A stretch of 64,000 nt of DNA, from assembly GCA_965204535.1 (NCBI GenBank), contig CBDBEV010000001.1, positions 960,001-1,024,000 on the forward strand, written 5' to 3'. The notes beneath the pieces are model-generated. The model was given only the letters and a program-made list of their open reading frames with translations, did not search any database and was not told the DNA's origin. Position 1 is the first letter of the stretch; every line of letters starts with the position of its first letter. Positions 1 to 9,651 of the stretch are shown here, piece after piece. The stretch comes from a bacterium (GTDB lineage: Bacteria > UBA8248). The position numbers were made by a program, and so were the translations under genes.

Positions 1-2
1 CG

Positions 3-224
3 CTCCGCGAGGCGGGCCACCATGAGGACGGCGCGCCCCTGGGCCGCGAGACGCTCGAAGCCTTCGTGGACGATCTGGCCGCGAGGGGTTTATTGGAAAA
101 GCGGACCCCGGGCGGCTTCGGCCGTCTGCTGACGGACTACGAGGCGCACCTGACCCGCAAGGGACGCGGCCTGCTCGAAGGCGCCGTTTCCGCCTCGCCC
201 GACATCCTCGTGGGAGAGTTGTGA
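3..224 (+). CDS. Partial (5'-truncated) Mu gp26-like winged-helix phage protein
   Basis: Hand translation of frame 3: ...LEAFVDDLAARGLLEK...AHLTRKGRGLLEGAVSASPDILVGEL*. Resembles the gp26-like L..RGL....LT.KG...EG pattern. Its stop overlaps the next ATG (TGATG). Confidence 0.6.
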   Translation, partial: LREAGHHEDGAPLGRETLEAFVDDLAARGLLEKRTPGGFGRLLTDYEAHLTRKGRGLLEGAVSASPDILVGEL

Positions 225-796
225 TGGAGAGGAGGAGGGGGCGCAGATCGAAGGTGGTGGAATACGCCGCCGAGAAAGTCGTCGACCCCATGCTCGCCGA
301 GGGAAAGACCTACGAGGAAGTGGCCGAGGCCTTCGAAAAGGCCACCGGGGAGAAGATTGGGCTCTGCTCCATAGGCAGGCGCAACAACCGCCTGCTGGAG
401 GGCATCCGAAAGACAAAGCGGGTGGAAGCCATGGTGGATGAGTTGATCGAGGAGGTCATGGCCTATGACGGCGAGGGCAGGGACCCGGGCGAGAAGGTGG
501 CGGCGGCCGCGCGGCGGATGCTGATGACCCAGGCGGTCGAGGCCGTCTCGCAGATGGGGAAGGAATCCTTTGAGAACCTGACGCCCGTGAAACTCGCCCA
601 GATGGTGAACGGGCTTGAGCGCAGCCGTATATCGGCCGAGAAACTCAAGCTCGAATACCAGGACGGCTTCGCCGCCGCCAAGATGGCGATCGTCAAGGAA
701 GTGCGCGAGTCGTTCCGCGCGCACCCCGAGGTGATGGAAAAGGTTTGCGAAATCGTCGAGGAGGCGACGCGGAAGCTTGAGGAGCGGATCGAGTAG
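224..796 (+). CDS. DUF3486 / Mu gp27-like protein (putative small terminase subunit)
   Basis: N-terminal GRRSKV...ML.EG.TYEEVAE......IG..SIGR pattern and a helical C-terminus. Position after a gp26-like gene matches Mu-like phages. Confidence 0.7.
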   Translation: MERRRGRRSKVVEYAAEKVVDPMLAEGKTYEEVAEAFEKATGEKIGLCSIGRRNNRLLEGIRKTKRVEAMVDELIEEVMAYDGEGRDPGEKVAAAARRMLMTQAVEAVSQMGKESFENLTPVKLAQMVNGLERSRISAEKLKLEYQDGFAAAKMAIVKEVRESFRAHPEVMEKVCEIVEEATRKLEERIE

Positions 797-1033
797 TGGG
801 GGTATGAGATAAATTGTAGTGTTGATAAAATGTGAAAAAAGTGTGGCAAAAAGTTGCAAGGCGCTACAAATTATGAGATAGGGTGCGCCGTTTGAGGAGG
901 CGAAAGAGTTTATTTCCAAGAAATGGGCAACTCAGAAGCACCGGAGTAATTTTTCGAGTAGCGAACAAAAAAAATTTTTATAAACGGATTGAGTTTTTAA
1001 GGTTGAACCCATTGTCGCCTGAAATTGCCTTCC

Positions 1034-1068
1034 TTGACAGAAAAGTTACTCAGGGCAAATAATGTAAC
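1034..1068 (+). promoter_or_regulatory. Putative sigma70 promoter with overlapping inverted repeat, upstream of hicBA-1
   Basis: TTGACA at 1034, AATAAT about 18 nt downstream, and GTTAC...GTAAC inverted repeat (1045-1068). Confidence 0.45.
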
Positions 1069-1155
1069 AATCATAAGGAATTTTAATCGCGGAAAAGACC
1101 AAGATATTGGTCTATCTGGGAACTAGGTTTTTCAAAAACCGTAAAGGAGAGCAAC

Positions 1156-1620
1156 ATGAGTGCGTTTCCATTCTTTTTTACCTTCTCGGACAAGGTGGAA
1201 GGGAACGGCTTCGTGGCGGACGTAAGAATGAGGGGAACGGTCCTCGGGATGAAAGAGGAGGATTCCACATGGATGTACGGCGTACAGCCGGGTGGAATCG
1301 CCGCGACAGGAGAAAACGAAGATCAGGCATTCTCCACATTTCGTCGAACCTATACGTCCGTCCTGTTTGAGATGGCGGAGGAAGCTGGCGATTTCTCGAA
1401 ATTCAAACAGCAAGTGGAAGCTTTCTTCAAGGAAATCTGCGAAGACACGAAACGAGAATGGGACGAAGCGGTCGAAGCAGTGCGTCGCGGAGAGATTGAA
1501 GCCGAAGGACTGGAAAAGAAAAACGCAGACGAGCACCAGCCCTATGTGCAGGTGAAGACAGTGCACAAACCCACTGCGCAACACAATATGCTGGATGAGC
1601 TAAGAGCAGTTGCCGCCTGA
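1156..1620 (+). CDS. HicB-like antitoxin
   Basis: AAAGGAG RBS; HicB-like W.....PG..ATGE.EDQA motif; acidic; immediately upstream of a HicA-like gene. Confidence 0.55.
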   Translation: MSAFPFFFTFSDKVEGNGFVADVRMRGTVLGMKEEDSTWMYGVQPGGIAATGENEDQAFSTFRRTYTSVLFEMAEEAGDFSKFKQQVEAFFKEICEDTKREWDEAVEAVRRGEIEAEGLEKKNADEHQPYVQVKTVHKPTAQHNMLDELRAVAA

Positions 1621-1875
1621 ATGGCTTCGAGTGGTCGCGTACAACTGAGAAAAATCTGGAATATGCTCAAGAAATGTGCGCCTGGACACGTTATCACGCC
1701 TAAGACGCATCACTACTGGATTGAATACAATGGCAAGTTTTATAAGACATTCCCTAAGGGAGAACATGGGAAGGGAAAGCGGGCAGAGATCGAAAGGGGT
1801 CATATCAAACAAATGGTCAAGCACCTAGAAATCGACGAAGAATGCGCGAAGATTGAATTGCCGGAAGCTTATTGA
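1621..1875 (+). CDS. HicA-like toxin
   Basis: 84 aa, basic. Layout helix-KTHHYW-beta strands-P..EH....EI..GHIKQMVKHL is typical of HicA. Confidence 0.6.
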   Translation: MASSGRVQLRKIWNMLKKCAPGHVITPKTHHYWIEYNGKFYKTFPKGEHGKGKRAEIERGHIKQMVKHLEIDEECAKIELPEAY

Positions 1876-2095
1876 GCCTAAGGTTTCGACCGTTTCCAAT
1901 CCTAAGAAGTCAGCATTTTTTAAAGAAATCTCTTTACCTCGAACCTCTCTACACGCCCGAGGAGCGGATGGAGTAGTGGGGGCAATTGAAAATTGCGTCG
2001 AATGCAAACATTCTTAAAACCATGTAAGCTATGTGTCTGAATTTACCGTGACTATCCCGGTACCCGGATGAACATCCAAAGGAGTGCGCACACCC

Positions 2096-2440
2096 ATGGA
2101 TTTCAACCACACTCTTCGCGTTCTCGTTGTCCGGGAAGACGGGACGTGGTGCGCGATTGCGCTGGATATGAGCCTCAGGGGCTATGGGGAAACGCAAGAT
2201 CAGGCAGTGGAAAGTCTGACCGAAGCGGTCGAGGCCCAGATATCGTTCGCCGTGCAGCACGACACCCTGGATGAGATATTCGTGCCCGCCGAACCTTCCT
2301 ACCATGCGCTATATGAATCCGTGAAGCGCGATAGCGTGAAACGGCATCTGAAATCGAAACCCCCGCAAAGCCTTCCGGACATCTTCTCCTGCGATGTCCC
2401 CTTGCCACGGGTGGATCCGCAAAAATTCGCAGAGGTTTAG
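2096..2440 (+). CDS. HicB-like antitoxin
   Basis: REDGTWCAIALDMSLRGYGETQDQAVESLTEAVE is a HicB N-terminal motif. Start is uncertain (GTG 2084 or ATG 2096). Confidence 0.7.
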   Translation: MDFNHTLRVLVVREDGTWCAIALDMSLRGYGETQDQAVESLTEAVEAQISFAVQHDTLDEIFVPAEPSYHALYESVKRDSVKRHLKSKPPQSLPDIFSCDVPLPRVDPQKFAEV

Positions 2441-2443
2441 CGT

Positions 2444-2683
2444 TTGCGGACGATTGAATACAGGCAACTCTTGAAGCGCCTTCGCGAGTTTGATCCCAGG
2501 TTCAGCGTCCATACAAGACGAGGCAAAGGCAGTCATCGGATGCTTTATCATCCTGATATCGACGGCGTAGAGCGTCATTACCCACTACCGTATCATGGAG
2601 GAAAGACCCCGATTTATCCGGGCTATCAAAAGGATATCATTCGTATTTTTGGGCTTCCAGAAGGATTTTTTGACGAGAATTAG
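2444..2683 (+). CDS. hicA: HicA family toxin
   Basis: RRGKGSHRMLYHP...PLPYHGG....PGYQKDIIRIFGL is the canonical HicA GSH motif. Confidence 0.85.
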   Translation: MRTIEYRQLLKRLREFDPRFSVHTRRGKGSHRMLYHPDIDGVERHYPLPYHGGKTPIYPGYQKDIIRIFGLPEGFFDEN

Positions 2684-2832
2684 TTCAGTGTCTTGATACT
2701 TCGCAATTGTTTACTTGCCTAGATACTTTTCGCACCCTTCCCATCTGGACTAGCCGCATCTCCTCGGTTATATTCCACCCATCCCCAAATATATCACCGA
2801 CGGTGATCCACTTCTTCACGGAAAGGCGAAAC

Positions 2833-4581
2833 ATGAGCGAGTACAAGAGCGAGGCAAGAGACGGGATGCGGGTCGACTGGGACGTGCCCATCGAGATGGA
2901 CGACGGCGTGGTGCTGCGCTGCGACGTGTATAGGCCCGATGACGATGGGCAGTATCCCGTCATCATGAGCTACGGCCCCTACTGCAAATGGCTTCATCTT
3001 CAAGACGGCTATCCCCACCAGTGGAATCTCATGCTGAACGACTATCCCGAGACCGTCATGGGCACCACCAACAAATACCAGAACTGGGAGCTCGTGGACC
3101 CCGAGAAATGGGTGCCCGACGGCTACGCCTGCGTGCGCGTGGATTCGCGTGGCGCGGGCCGCTCGCCGGGCTATCTGGAGGTATGGTCGCCGCGCGAGAC
3201 CAGGGATTTTTACGACTGCATCGAGTGGGCGGGCGTGCAGCCCTGGAGCAACGGGAAGGTGGGTCTGAACGGCATCTCCTATTACGGGATGAACCAGTGG
3301 CAGGTGGCCTCGCTCCAGCCGCCGCACCTGGCCGCCATGTGCGTCTGGGAGGGGGCGGCCGATTTCTACCGCGACTTGGCCCACCACGGGGGCATCGCCT
3401 GCCGGTTTTCCGAAACCTGGTACCGCGAAGCCGTCGTCCCCCGCCAGCACGGCAAGGGCCACCGCGGCATCAAGAGCCGCATCAACGGCGACTGGATATC
3501 CGGCCCCGCCAACCTGAGCGAAGAGGAACTGGCATCCAACAGGAGCGATTTCGGGCGCGACATTCTGGATCACCCCCTCGTGGATGATTACTGGCGCGCG
3601 CGCATGCCCGATTACTCGAAGATCAACGTGCCGCTGCTTTCCGCGGGCAACTGGGGCGGCGTGGGACTGCATCCCAGGGGCAACACGGAGGGCTTCGTGC
3701 AATCGGCCACTGACGAGAAATGGCTGGAGATGCACGGGCTGGAGCATTTCACGGAGTTTTACACCGATTACGGCGTCGCGCTCCAGAAGAAATTTTTTGG
3801 GCATTTCCTGAAGGGCGAGGACACCGGCTGGGAGGATCAGCCGAAAGTCCAACTCCTGGTGCGGCATCCGGGCGAGAAATTCGTGCCGCGCGCGGAGAGC
3901 GAGTGGCCCATCGCGCGAACGCAGTGGACGAAGTATTACCTCCATTCGGGCACGGGCACATTCCGGCCCGAACCCCAGGGCAACGAGCGGACGAAAACCT
4001 ATGACGCCCTGGGCGACGGCTTGATCTACATCTCGCCGCCTTTCGCCGAGGAAACCGAGATCACCGGCCCCGTGGCGGCCAAAATGTTCATCTCCTCGGA
4101 TACCGAGGATGCGGATCTGTTTCTTACCTTGCGCGTTTTCACGCCGGACATGACGGAGATCGTCTACCGGGGCGCGAACGACCCGCACACGCCCGTGGCC
4201 ATCGGGTGGCTCCGGGCCTCGCACAGAAAGCTCGATGAAGTCCTCACGCTGCCCTACCGGCCCTACCACACGCACGATGAGATTCAGCCTTTGACGCCCG
4301 GCGAGATATACGAACTCGACGTCGAAATCTGGCCGACCTCCATCGTTATCCCCAAAGAATACCGCCTGGCATTGAGCATCCGGGGGCGCGACTACGTCTG
4401 GCCGGGTTATGAGCCTTCCGCCCCCAAAATATCGGGCCGCGTCTACTACGGCGTGGGACCCTTCAAGCACGATTTGAAAGAGGACAGGCCGACGGAGCTT
4501 TTCGGCGGAAAAGTGACGCTCCACACCGGCCCGGCGTGTCCATCGCACGTACTGCTGCCGGTGATTCCGCCGAAAGGATGA
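2833..4581 (+). CDS. CocE/NonD family serine hydrolase (paralog 1)
   Basis: MDDGVVLRCDVYRP, DSRGAGRSPG, nucleophile motif GISYYG, and a C-terminal jelly-roll domain. ATG 2833 follows a GAAAGG RBS. Confidence 0.9.
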   Translation: MSEYKSEARDGMRVDWDVPIEMDDGVVLRCDVYRPDDDGQYPVIMSYGPYCKWLHLQDGYPHQWNLMLNDYPETVMGTTNKYQNWELVDPEKWVPDGYACVRVDSRGAGRSPGYLEVWSPRETRDFYDCIEWAGVQPWSNGKVGLNGISYYGMNQWQVASLQPPHLAAMCVWEGAADFYRDLAHHGGIACRFSETWYREAVVPRQHGKGHRGIKSRINGDWISGPANLSEEELASNRSDFGRDILDHPLVDDYWRARMPDYSKINVPLLSAGNWGGVGLHPRGNTEGFVQSATDEKWLEMHGLEHFTEFYTDYGVALQKKFFGHFLKGEDTGWEDQPKVQLLVRHPGEKFVPRAESEWPIARTQWTKYYLHSGTGTFRPEPQGNERTKTYDALGDGLIYISPPFAEETEITGPVAAKMFISSDTEDADLFLTLRVFTPDMTEIVYRGANDPHTPVAIGWLRASHRKLDEVLTLPYRPYHTHDEIQPLTPGEIYELDVEIWPTSIVIPKEYRLALSIRGRDYVWPGYEPSAPKISGRVYYGVGPFKHDLKEDRPTELFGGKVTLHTGPACPSHVLLPVIPPKG

Positions 4582-4607
4582 TTCCTGAAAAAGACGAGAG
4601 GTGTGAG

Positions 4608-6353
4608 ATGAGAGGGCGTAAAACCGAAATCGCCGACGGCATGCGGATCGACTGGGAGGTGCCGGTCGAGATGGACGACGGACTCGTGCTGCGCTGCGAC
4701 GTCTACCGGCCTGTTGATGAGGGCCGCTATCCCGTGATCATCACCTACGGGATTTACGGGAAGTGGCTCCACTTCGAGGACGGCTATCCCGAGCAGTGGC
4801 GGCGCATGGTGGAGCAGCACCCCGACGTCGCCCTGGGCTCATCCAACAAGTACCAGAACTGGGAGGTGGTGGACCCCGAGAAATGGGTGCCGGACGGCTA
4901 CGCCTGCGTGCGCGTGGATTCGCGGGGTGCGGGCCGCTCGCCGGGGTATATGGACCCCTTCTCTGATCGCGAGACGCGCGATTTCTACGAGTGCATCGAG
5001 TGGGCGGCGGCGCAGCCCTGGAGCAACGGGAAGGTGGGAGCCAACGGCATCTCCTATTACGCCATCAACCAGTGGCAGGTCGCGTGCCTGAAGCCGCCTC
5101 ATCTGGTCGCCATGTGCGCCTGGGAGGGGGCGGCGGATTTCTACCGCGACATGAACTACCACGGGGGCATCTACTGCACCTTCACGGAAAACTGGTATCA
5201 GAACAGGGGGCGCTCCAAACAGCACGGCCTCGGCGAGCGCGGCTACAAGAGCCGGGTGACGGGCGATTGGGTCTCGGGGCCGGATACGCTGAGCGAGGAA
5301 GAGTTGGGCGCGAACCGCTGCCGCCTGGGGGCGGAGATGCGCGCGCACCCGCTCGATGACGAATACTGGAAGGCGAAAACGCCCGACTGGTCAAAGGTCG
5401 AGGTGCCTTTCCTGTCTTCCAACAACTGGGGCGGGCAGGGTCTTCACCCGAGGGGGAACTGCGAGGCCTTCATGCGAGCGGCCTCAAAAGAAAAATGGCT
5501 GGAGAGCCACGGGATCGAGCACTGGACGGAGTTTTACACCGATTACGGCGTGGCGCTCCAGAAGAAATTTTTTGGGCATTTCCTGAAGGGGGAAGACACC
5601 GGCTGGAAGGATCAGCCGAGGGTGCTGCTTAAGATTCGCCACCCGGGCGAGAAGTTCGTGGAGCGCGCGGAGGATGAGTGGCCCATCGCGCGCACGAACT
5701 GGACGAGGCTGTATCTCCACGCGGAAGGCCACCTGCTCGGCGAGGCCGCGCCAGAGGAGGCGGGTTCGGCCACCTACGCAGGTCTGAGCGACGGCGTCAC
5801 GTTCGTCTCGCCTCCCTTGAAGCGTGAAACCGAGATCACGGGCCCTCTGGCGTCCAGGCTGTGGGTGTCCTCTGCGACCGAAGACGCCGATCTGTTCCTG
5901 GTATTGAGATTGTTCACGCCCGATTTCAGGGAAGTCACCTTCCAGGGCGCGCTCGACCCGCACACCCCGGTGGCCCAGGGCTGGCTCCGGGCCTCGCACC
6001 GGAAGCTCGATGAATCGCTTACGCTGCCCTACCGGCCCTACCACGCGCACGATGAGATTCAGCCGCTCACGCCGGGTGAGATATACGAGCTGGATATCGA
6101 GATATGGCCGACCTGCATCGTGGTCCCCAGGGGCTATCGCCTGGCGCTCAGCGTGCGCGGTTGTGATTACGTCTATCCGGGCGGCGTCACCCAGGGGCTT
6201 CCCAACATGCCCGCCGTCTTCTCGGGCGTGGGGCCGTTCCGGCACAACGACCCTGCCGACCGGCCGCCTGAGGTGTTCGGCGGCGACGTGACGCTCCACA
6301 CCGGCCCCGAGCATCCCTCCCACGTGCTCTTGCCGATCATCCCGCCGAAGTAG
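4608..6353 (+). CDS. CocE/NonD family serine hydrolase (paralog 2)
   Basis: Same motifs (GISYYA); highly similar to the upstream paralog. Confidence 0.9.
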   Translation: MRGRKTEIADGMRIDWEVPVEMDDGLVLRCDVYRPVDEGRYPVIITYGIYGKWLHFEDGYPEQWRRMVEQHPDVALGSSNKYQNWEVVDPEKWVPDGYACVRVDSRGAGRSPGYMDPFSDRETRDFYECIEWAAAQPWSNGKVGANGISYYAINQWQVACLKPPHLVAMCAWEGAADFYRDMNYHGGIYCTFTENWYQNRGRSKQHGLGERGYKSRVTGDWVSGPDTLSEEELGANRCRLGAEMRAHPLDDEYWKAKTPDWSKVEVPFLSSNNWGGQGLHPRGNCEAFMRAASKEKWLESHGIEHWTEFYTDYGVALQKKFFGHFLKGEDTGWKDQPRVLLKIRHPGEKFVERAEDEWPIARTNWTRLYLHAEGHLLGEAAPEEAGSATYAGLSDGVTFVSPPLKRETEITGPLASRLWVSSATEDADLFLVLRLFTPDFREVTFQGALDPHTPVAQGWLRASHRKLDESLTLPYRPYHAHDEIQPLTPGEIYELDIEIWPTCIVVPRGYRLALSVRGCDYVYPGGVTQGLPNMPAVFSGVGPFRHNDPADRPPEVFGGDVTLHTGPEHPSHVLLPIIPPK

Positions 6354-6661
6354 GGGCTGTCGAAAAAGCCCCCACGCGAGCCCTCGAATGGAGGCCGTAG
6401 GGGTCAGACATATATGTCTGACCCCGTGGCCGCCCTCATCATCTGGAAAACCAACCCCCCCTACCCCCCCTTGTCAGGGGTCAAAACCGACCGAAGAGGG
6501 AGGTTTTGCAAGACGATGTGTTTCTCGTTAATGGCTCATGCAAACGCTCGTTCATCACTCGCGTTTGACCCCTGACAAGGGGGGGTAGGGGGGGTTGCTT
6601 TATGGGATTTCCCTCTCAAGGGGGTTGCCATTACCCTCTCAGGGGGTTTTTCAACAGCCCC
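6353..6661. mobile_element. MITE-like element with IS1182-type ends and internal REP-like palindromes
   Basis: Ends GGGGCTGTCGAAAAAG / TTTTTCAACAGCCCC. Internal inverted repeats CCCCCCTACCCCCCCTTGTCAGGGG and a GTAGGGG palindrome. Confidence 0.7.
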
Positions 6662-6990
6662 GACAAGGGGGGTTGGAGGGTTCACGTCGAGTAGGAATGA
6701 GAAGGCTGTTTTCTGCGTCCCGGATAGCCCGACCACCTCCCTCACCCTGAGTAGCCGCGAAGCGGCGTATCGAAGGACAAAAGATTCTCATCAAGCGCAC
6801 CGGAGGCTGAGACCGGAACCCACCGGTTCAACATCTCTCCTTTGTACCGTCCCCGTTCTCGAAGCAAGACACGACCCGCCGGTCTCCCTTATTGACCCGC
6901 GCCAGCCCGTGTGTGATGATTGCCCAATCACCACATTTCAGAGAATGCGATTGCACACTGGGCCATAGATCCAACCGGGGAGGAAAGTCT

Positions 6991-7941
6991 ATGAAGCGCA
7001 TGATCGGCATCGTTATCGTGGCACTGGCGTTCGCCGGGTTCACAACGCCCGCGTTCGCGAAGGACATCAAGATCGGCATCGTGGTGGAGACGCTGGGGAA
7101 CCCCTATTTCGCGTGTCTCAAGAATTCCGCCGAGGCGGAGGCCAAGAATCATCCCAACGTCAAGCTCACCGTTCTGAGCGGCGCCCTGGGCACCGACCTG
7201 ATCGGCGTCACCAAGATGATCGACGACCTGATCCAGAAGCGCGTGCACGTCCTCGCCTTCAGCGCCATCGACCCCAACGCGATGGTGCAGACGGTCAAGA
7301 AGGTGCAGAAAAACGGCATCCGCGTGCTCATCCATTCCGACGACCTGGCCAAGCAGGTGGCGCGGCACTTCGTCGGGCCGGATCAGTATTACGGGCAGTC
7401 GGCGGTCGCCAAGGCCGTGGCCGAGGAGCTGGGCGGCAAGGGCAAGGTCGCGCTCATGGAAGGCGTGCCGGGCAACATGTCCAGCATCCTGCGGAAAAGG
7501 GGCGCCAGGGACACGCTGGCCAAGTACAAGGGCATCAAGGTGGTCGGCGTCTGGGCGGCCAACTGGGACCGCGCGCAGGGACTCAAGAAAGCGGAAGACA
7601 TCCTGACGGCGCATCCCGATATCTCGGCCATCGTCGCCGTGAACGACGACATGGCCCTGGGCGCGCTCCAGGCCGTCAAGGCGCGCGGCAAGCTCGGCAA
7701 GATCATCGTCACAGGCTTCAACGGCGTCGAGGAGGCGATGCAGGAAGTCTACCGCGGCAACATGCTGGCGACCGTGCTGACTTTCTGCGACTCCGTCGGC
7801 AAGCAACTCGTCCGCACGGGCGTCGACGTGGCGATGGATAAGGACGACAAGTCCAAGTACACGATCGACACCGGAACGATTCCGCTCGACACGAGACTGC
7901 TCCGGGCGGTCGGAAAGAACCTCAAGGCCGGCATCAAGTAA
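6991..7941 (+). CDS. RbsB-type sugar ABC transporter substrate-binding protein
   Basis: Signal peptide, LGNPYF, ANWDRAQG and NDDMALGA motifs. Confidence 0.9.
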   Translation: MKRMIGIVIVALAFAGFTTPAFAKDIKIGIVVETLGNPYFACLKNSAEAEAKNHPNVKLTVLSGALGTDLIGVTKMIDDLIQKRVHVLAFSAIDPNAMVQTVKKVQKNGIRVLIHSDDLAKQVARHFVGPDQYYGQSAVAKAVAEELGGKGKVALMEGVPGNMSSILRKRGARDTLAKYKGIKVVGVWAANWDRAQGLKKAEDILTAHPDISAIVAVNDDMALGALQAVKARGKLGKIIVTGFNGVEEAMQEVYRGNMLATVLTFCDSVGKQLVRTGVDVAMDKDDKSKYTIDTGTIPLDTRLLRAVGKNLKAGIK

Positions 7942-8023
7942 GAGTTCAAACGCGGCGCCGCGCGGCGGAGGCGGGGGTTATTATTCCCCGTCTTCCCGCG
8001 CGTCCTCGCCTGAGGGGACGCAC

Positions 8024-9229
8024 ATGCCCATTCCACGCGACGTGCTCCAGGCCGAAATCGACCGGCGGCTGGCGAACACCCGGCGGTTGATGGCGGAGCG
8101 CCAATACGACGCCTTGATCGTCTACGGCAACAACAAGCTCTCCGGCAGCCTGCGCTATCTCACCGACTACTTTCCCGACCGGGCGGGCTGGATCAGCTTG
8201 ACGTCCACGGAGACCTCCATCGTCGACGGGGGCGCGGCCTTCATCACGCAAACCGACGATCCCGCGCTCATGGTCGATCCGGGCCTCATGCCGACGAGGG
8301 AGGTGTGCGTCCCGCGCATCGTGGCGGGGGAGGGGTTTTCGGCGAAAAAGGGCGACGGCCTCTCCGTGGAGAACCTGGAGAAGCTCATCCGTGAGGCGGG
8401 CGACGTGAAGCGCGTCGGCGTCGAGACGTTCGACAAGTTCCCCGCGCCGCTCTACGCGGGGATGCGGGAGACGTTCCCCGACCTCGAAATCGTGCGCTCT
8501 ACCATCGTGGAGGAACTCCGGATGGTGAAGAGCGATTTCGACCTGGAGATGATGCGCAAGGCGGGCCGGGTCGCGGATTTGGGGCATGAGACCGTCGCCG
8601 GCATCCTGAGCACGGAGGGCGTCGGCACGACCGAACTCGAACTCATCCGCGCCGCCGAGCACGCAATGCGATCCGCCGACCCGATTTATGAGGATTCGTG
8701 CAGCAGCTCACCCAGCCTCATCTGCAGCGGCTATCCGGTGGCGGGCGCGCTCTTGCACATGCCCAGCCCGGCCAAGGCGGTCGAACGCGGCAACGTCGTG
8801 CACTGGGACATCTGCATGAGGTTCGAGGGCTATCCGGTCGACTCCTCGCGCACGCGCGCCATGGGGCCTGTGACGGAGGTCCACCGGCGCGCCTATGAGA
8901 CGATTCTCGAGATTCAGCGGACGGTCATCGAGGAGGCGAAGCCGGGCGTCGTGGCGAGCAGGCTCGTCGACACGGCCGAGGCGATGGCCCGCGACGCCGG
9001 GTTCGATTTGTGGGACAGGTTCCTGGGCCACGGCCTGGGGTGGGACATCCACGAACGACCCGACATGGGGATCGAGAAGCTGCCCCTCGAGGAGAACATG
9101 GTGCTCGCCGTCGAGCCGCGCATCGCCGTCGAGAACACCTACCTGTTCGGCAACGAGGACATGGTGCACGTCACGAAAGACGGCGGCGTCTCCTTTACCT
9201 CCTTTCCCAAAGAGCCGCTGGAGATATAG
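8024..9229 (+). CDS. M24 family (Xaa-Pro aminopeptidase/creatinase-like) metallohydrolase
   Basis: LRYLTD N-domain, R.VKS..D, and the metal ligands D..D (DICM..GY.VDSSRT), GHGLG.DIHE, AVEP and NED. Confidence 0.85.
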   Translation: MPIPRDVLQAEIDRRLANTRRLMAERQYDALIVYGNNKLSGSLRYLTDYFPDRAGWISLTSTETSIVDGGAAFITQTDDPALMVDPGLMPTREVCVPRIVAGEGFSAKKGDGLSVENLEKLIREAGDVKRVGVETFDKFPAPLYAGMRETFPDLEIVRSTIVEELRMVKSDFDLEMMRKAGRVADLGHETVAGILSTEGVGTTELELIRAAEHAMRSADPIYEDSCSSSPSLICSGYPVAGALLHMPSPAKAVERGNVVHWDICMRFEGYPVDSSRTRAMGPVTEVHRRAYETILEIQRTVIEEAKPGVVASRLVDTAEAMARDAGFDLWDRFLGHGLGWDIHERPDMGIEKLPLEENMVLAVEPRIAVENTYLFGNEDMVHVTKDGGVSFTSFPKEPLEI

Positions 9230-9298
9230 CGGCGCGCGCGGGGAGGATTTTCGCGCTCAAGGCTGTGGCGAACGCGGCGAGCGCAGCACCGTTTGAGG

Positions 9299-9616
9299 GG
9301 GGTTGTTGAAAAAGTCCGGAACTCTGGATTTGTCGTATGTAACCGACCGACGAGAGAGAAAAATCACTCCCCCCTTGAGGGGGAGTCGATGAAGCCGAGC
9401 GGTTTGTGCGAAGGCTGAATCGGTGGGGGGTAAAATGTGTTTTATCGCCATTCCGGATTACACCCCCCACCGAATCGCTTTCGGGCTTACGCCCTCAGCT
9501 CTTCGTCTGGCTTTCCCCTCGGGAAGCCAGACCCTCAAGGGGGGAGTGATTTTGGTGTTCTCATTTGTGTAAAGCGACTTCGTAGGGGTCGTGTGCCGGG
9601 TTATTCAACAGACCCC
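9299..9616. mobile_element. MITE-like element containing the ~180-bp REPIN-like core
   Basis: Left end GGGGTTGTTGAAAAAG, degenerate right end TTATTCAACAGACCCC. Core 9366-9547 is shared with three other copies. Confidence 0.75.
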
Positions 9617-9651
9617 CGTTCCTCCGACTGCTTCGACTGGAAGACTCGCCC

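Larger units (their letters stand above)
779..1982 (+). repeat. 24-bp direct repeat pair (779-802 and 1959-1982) flanking the first hicBA pair
   Basis: GAGGAGCGGATCGAGTAGTGGGGG versus GAGGAGCGGATGGAGTAGTGGGGG, 23/24 identical. The first copy contains the stop codon of the gp27-like gene. Confidence 0.85.
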
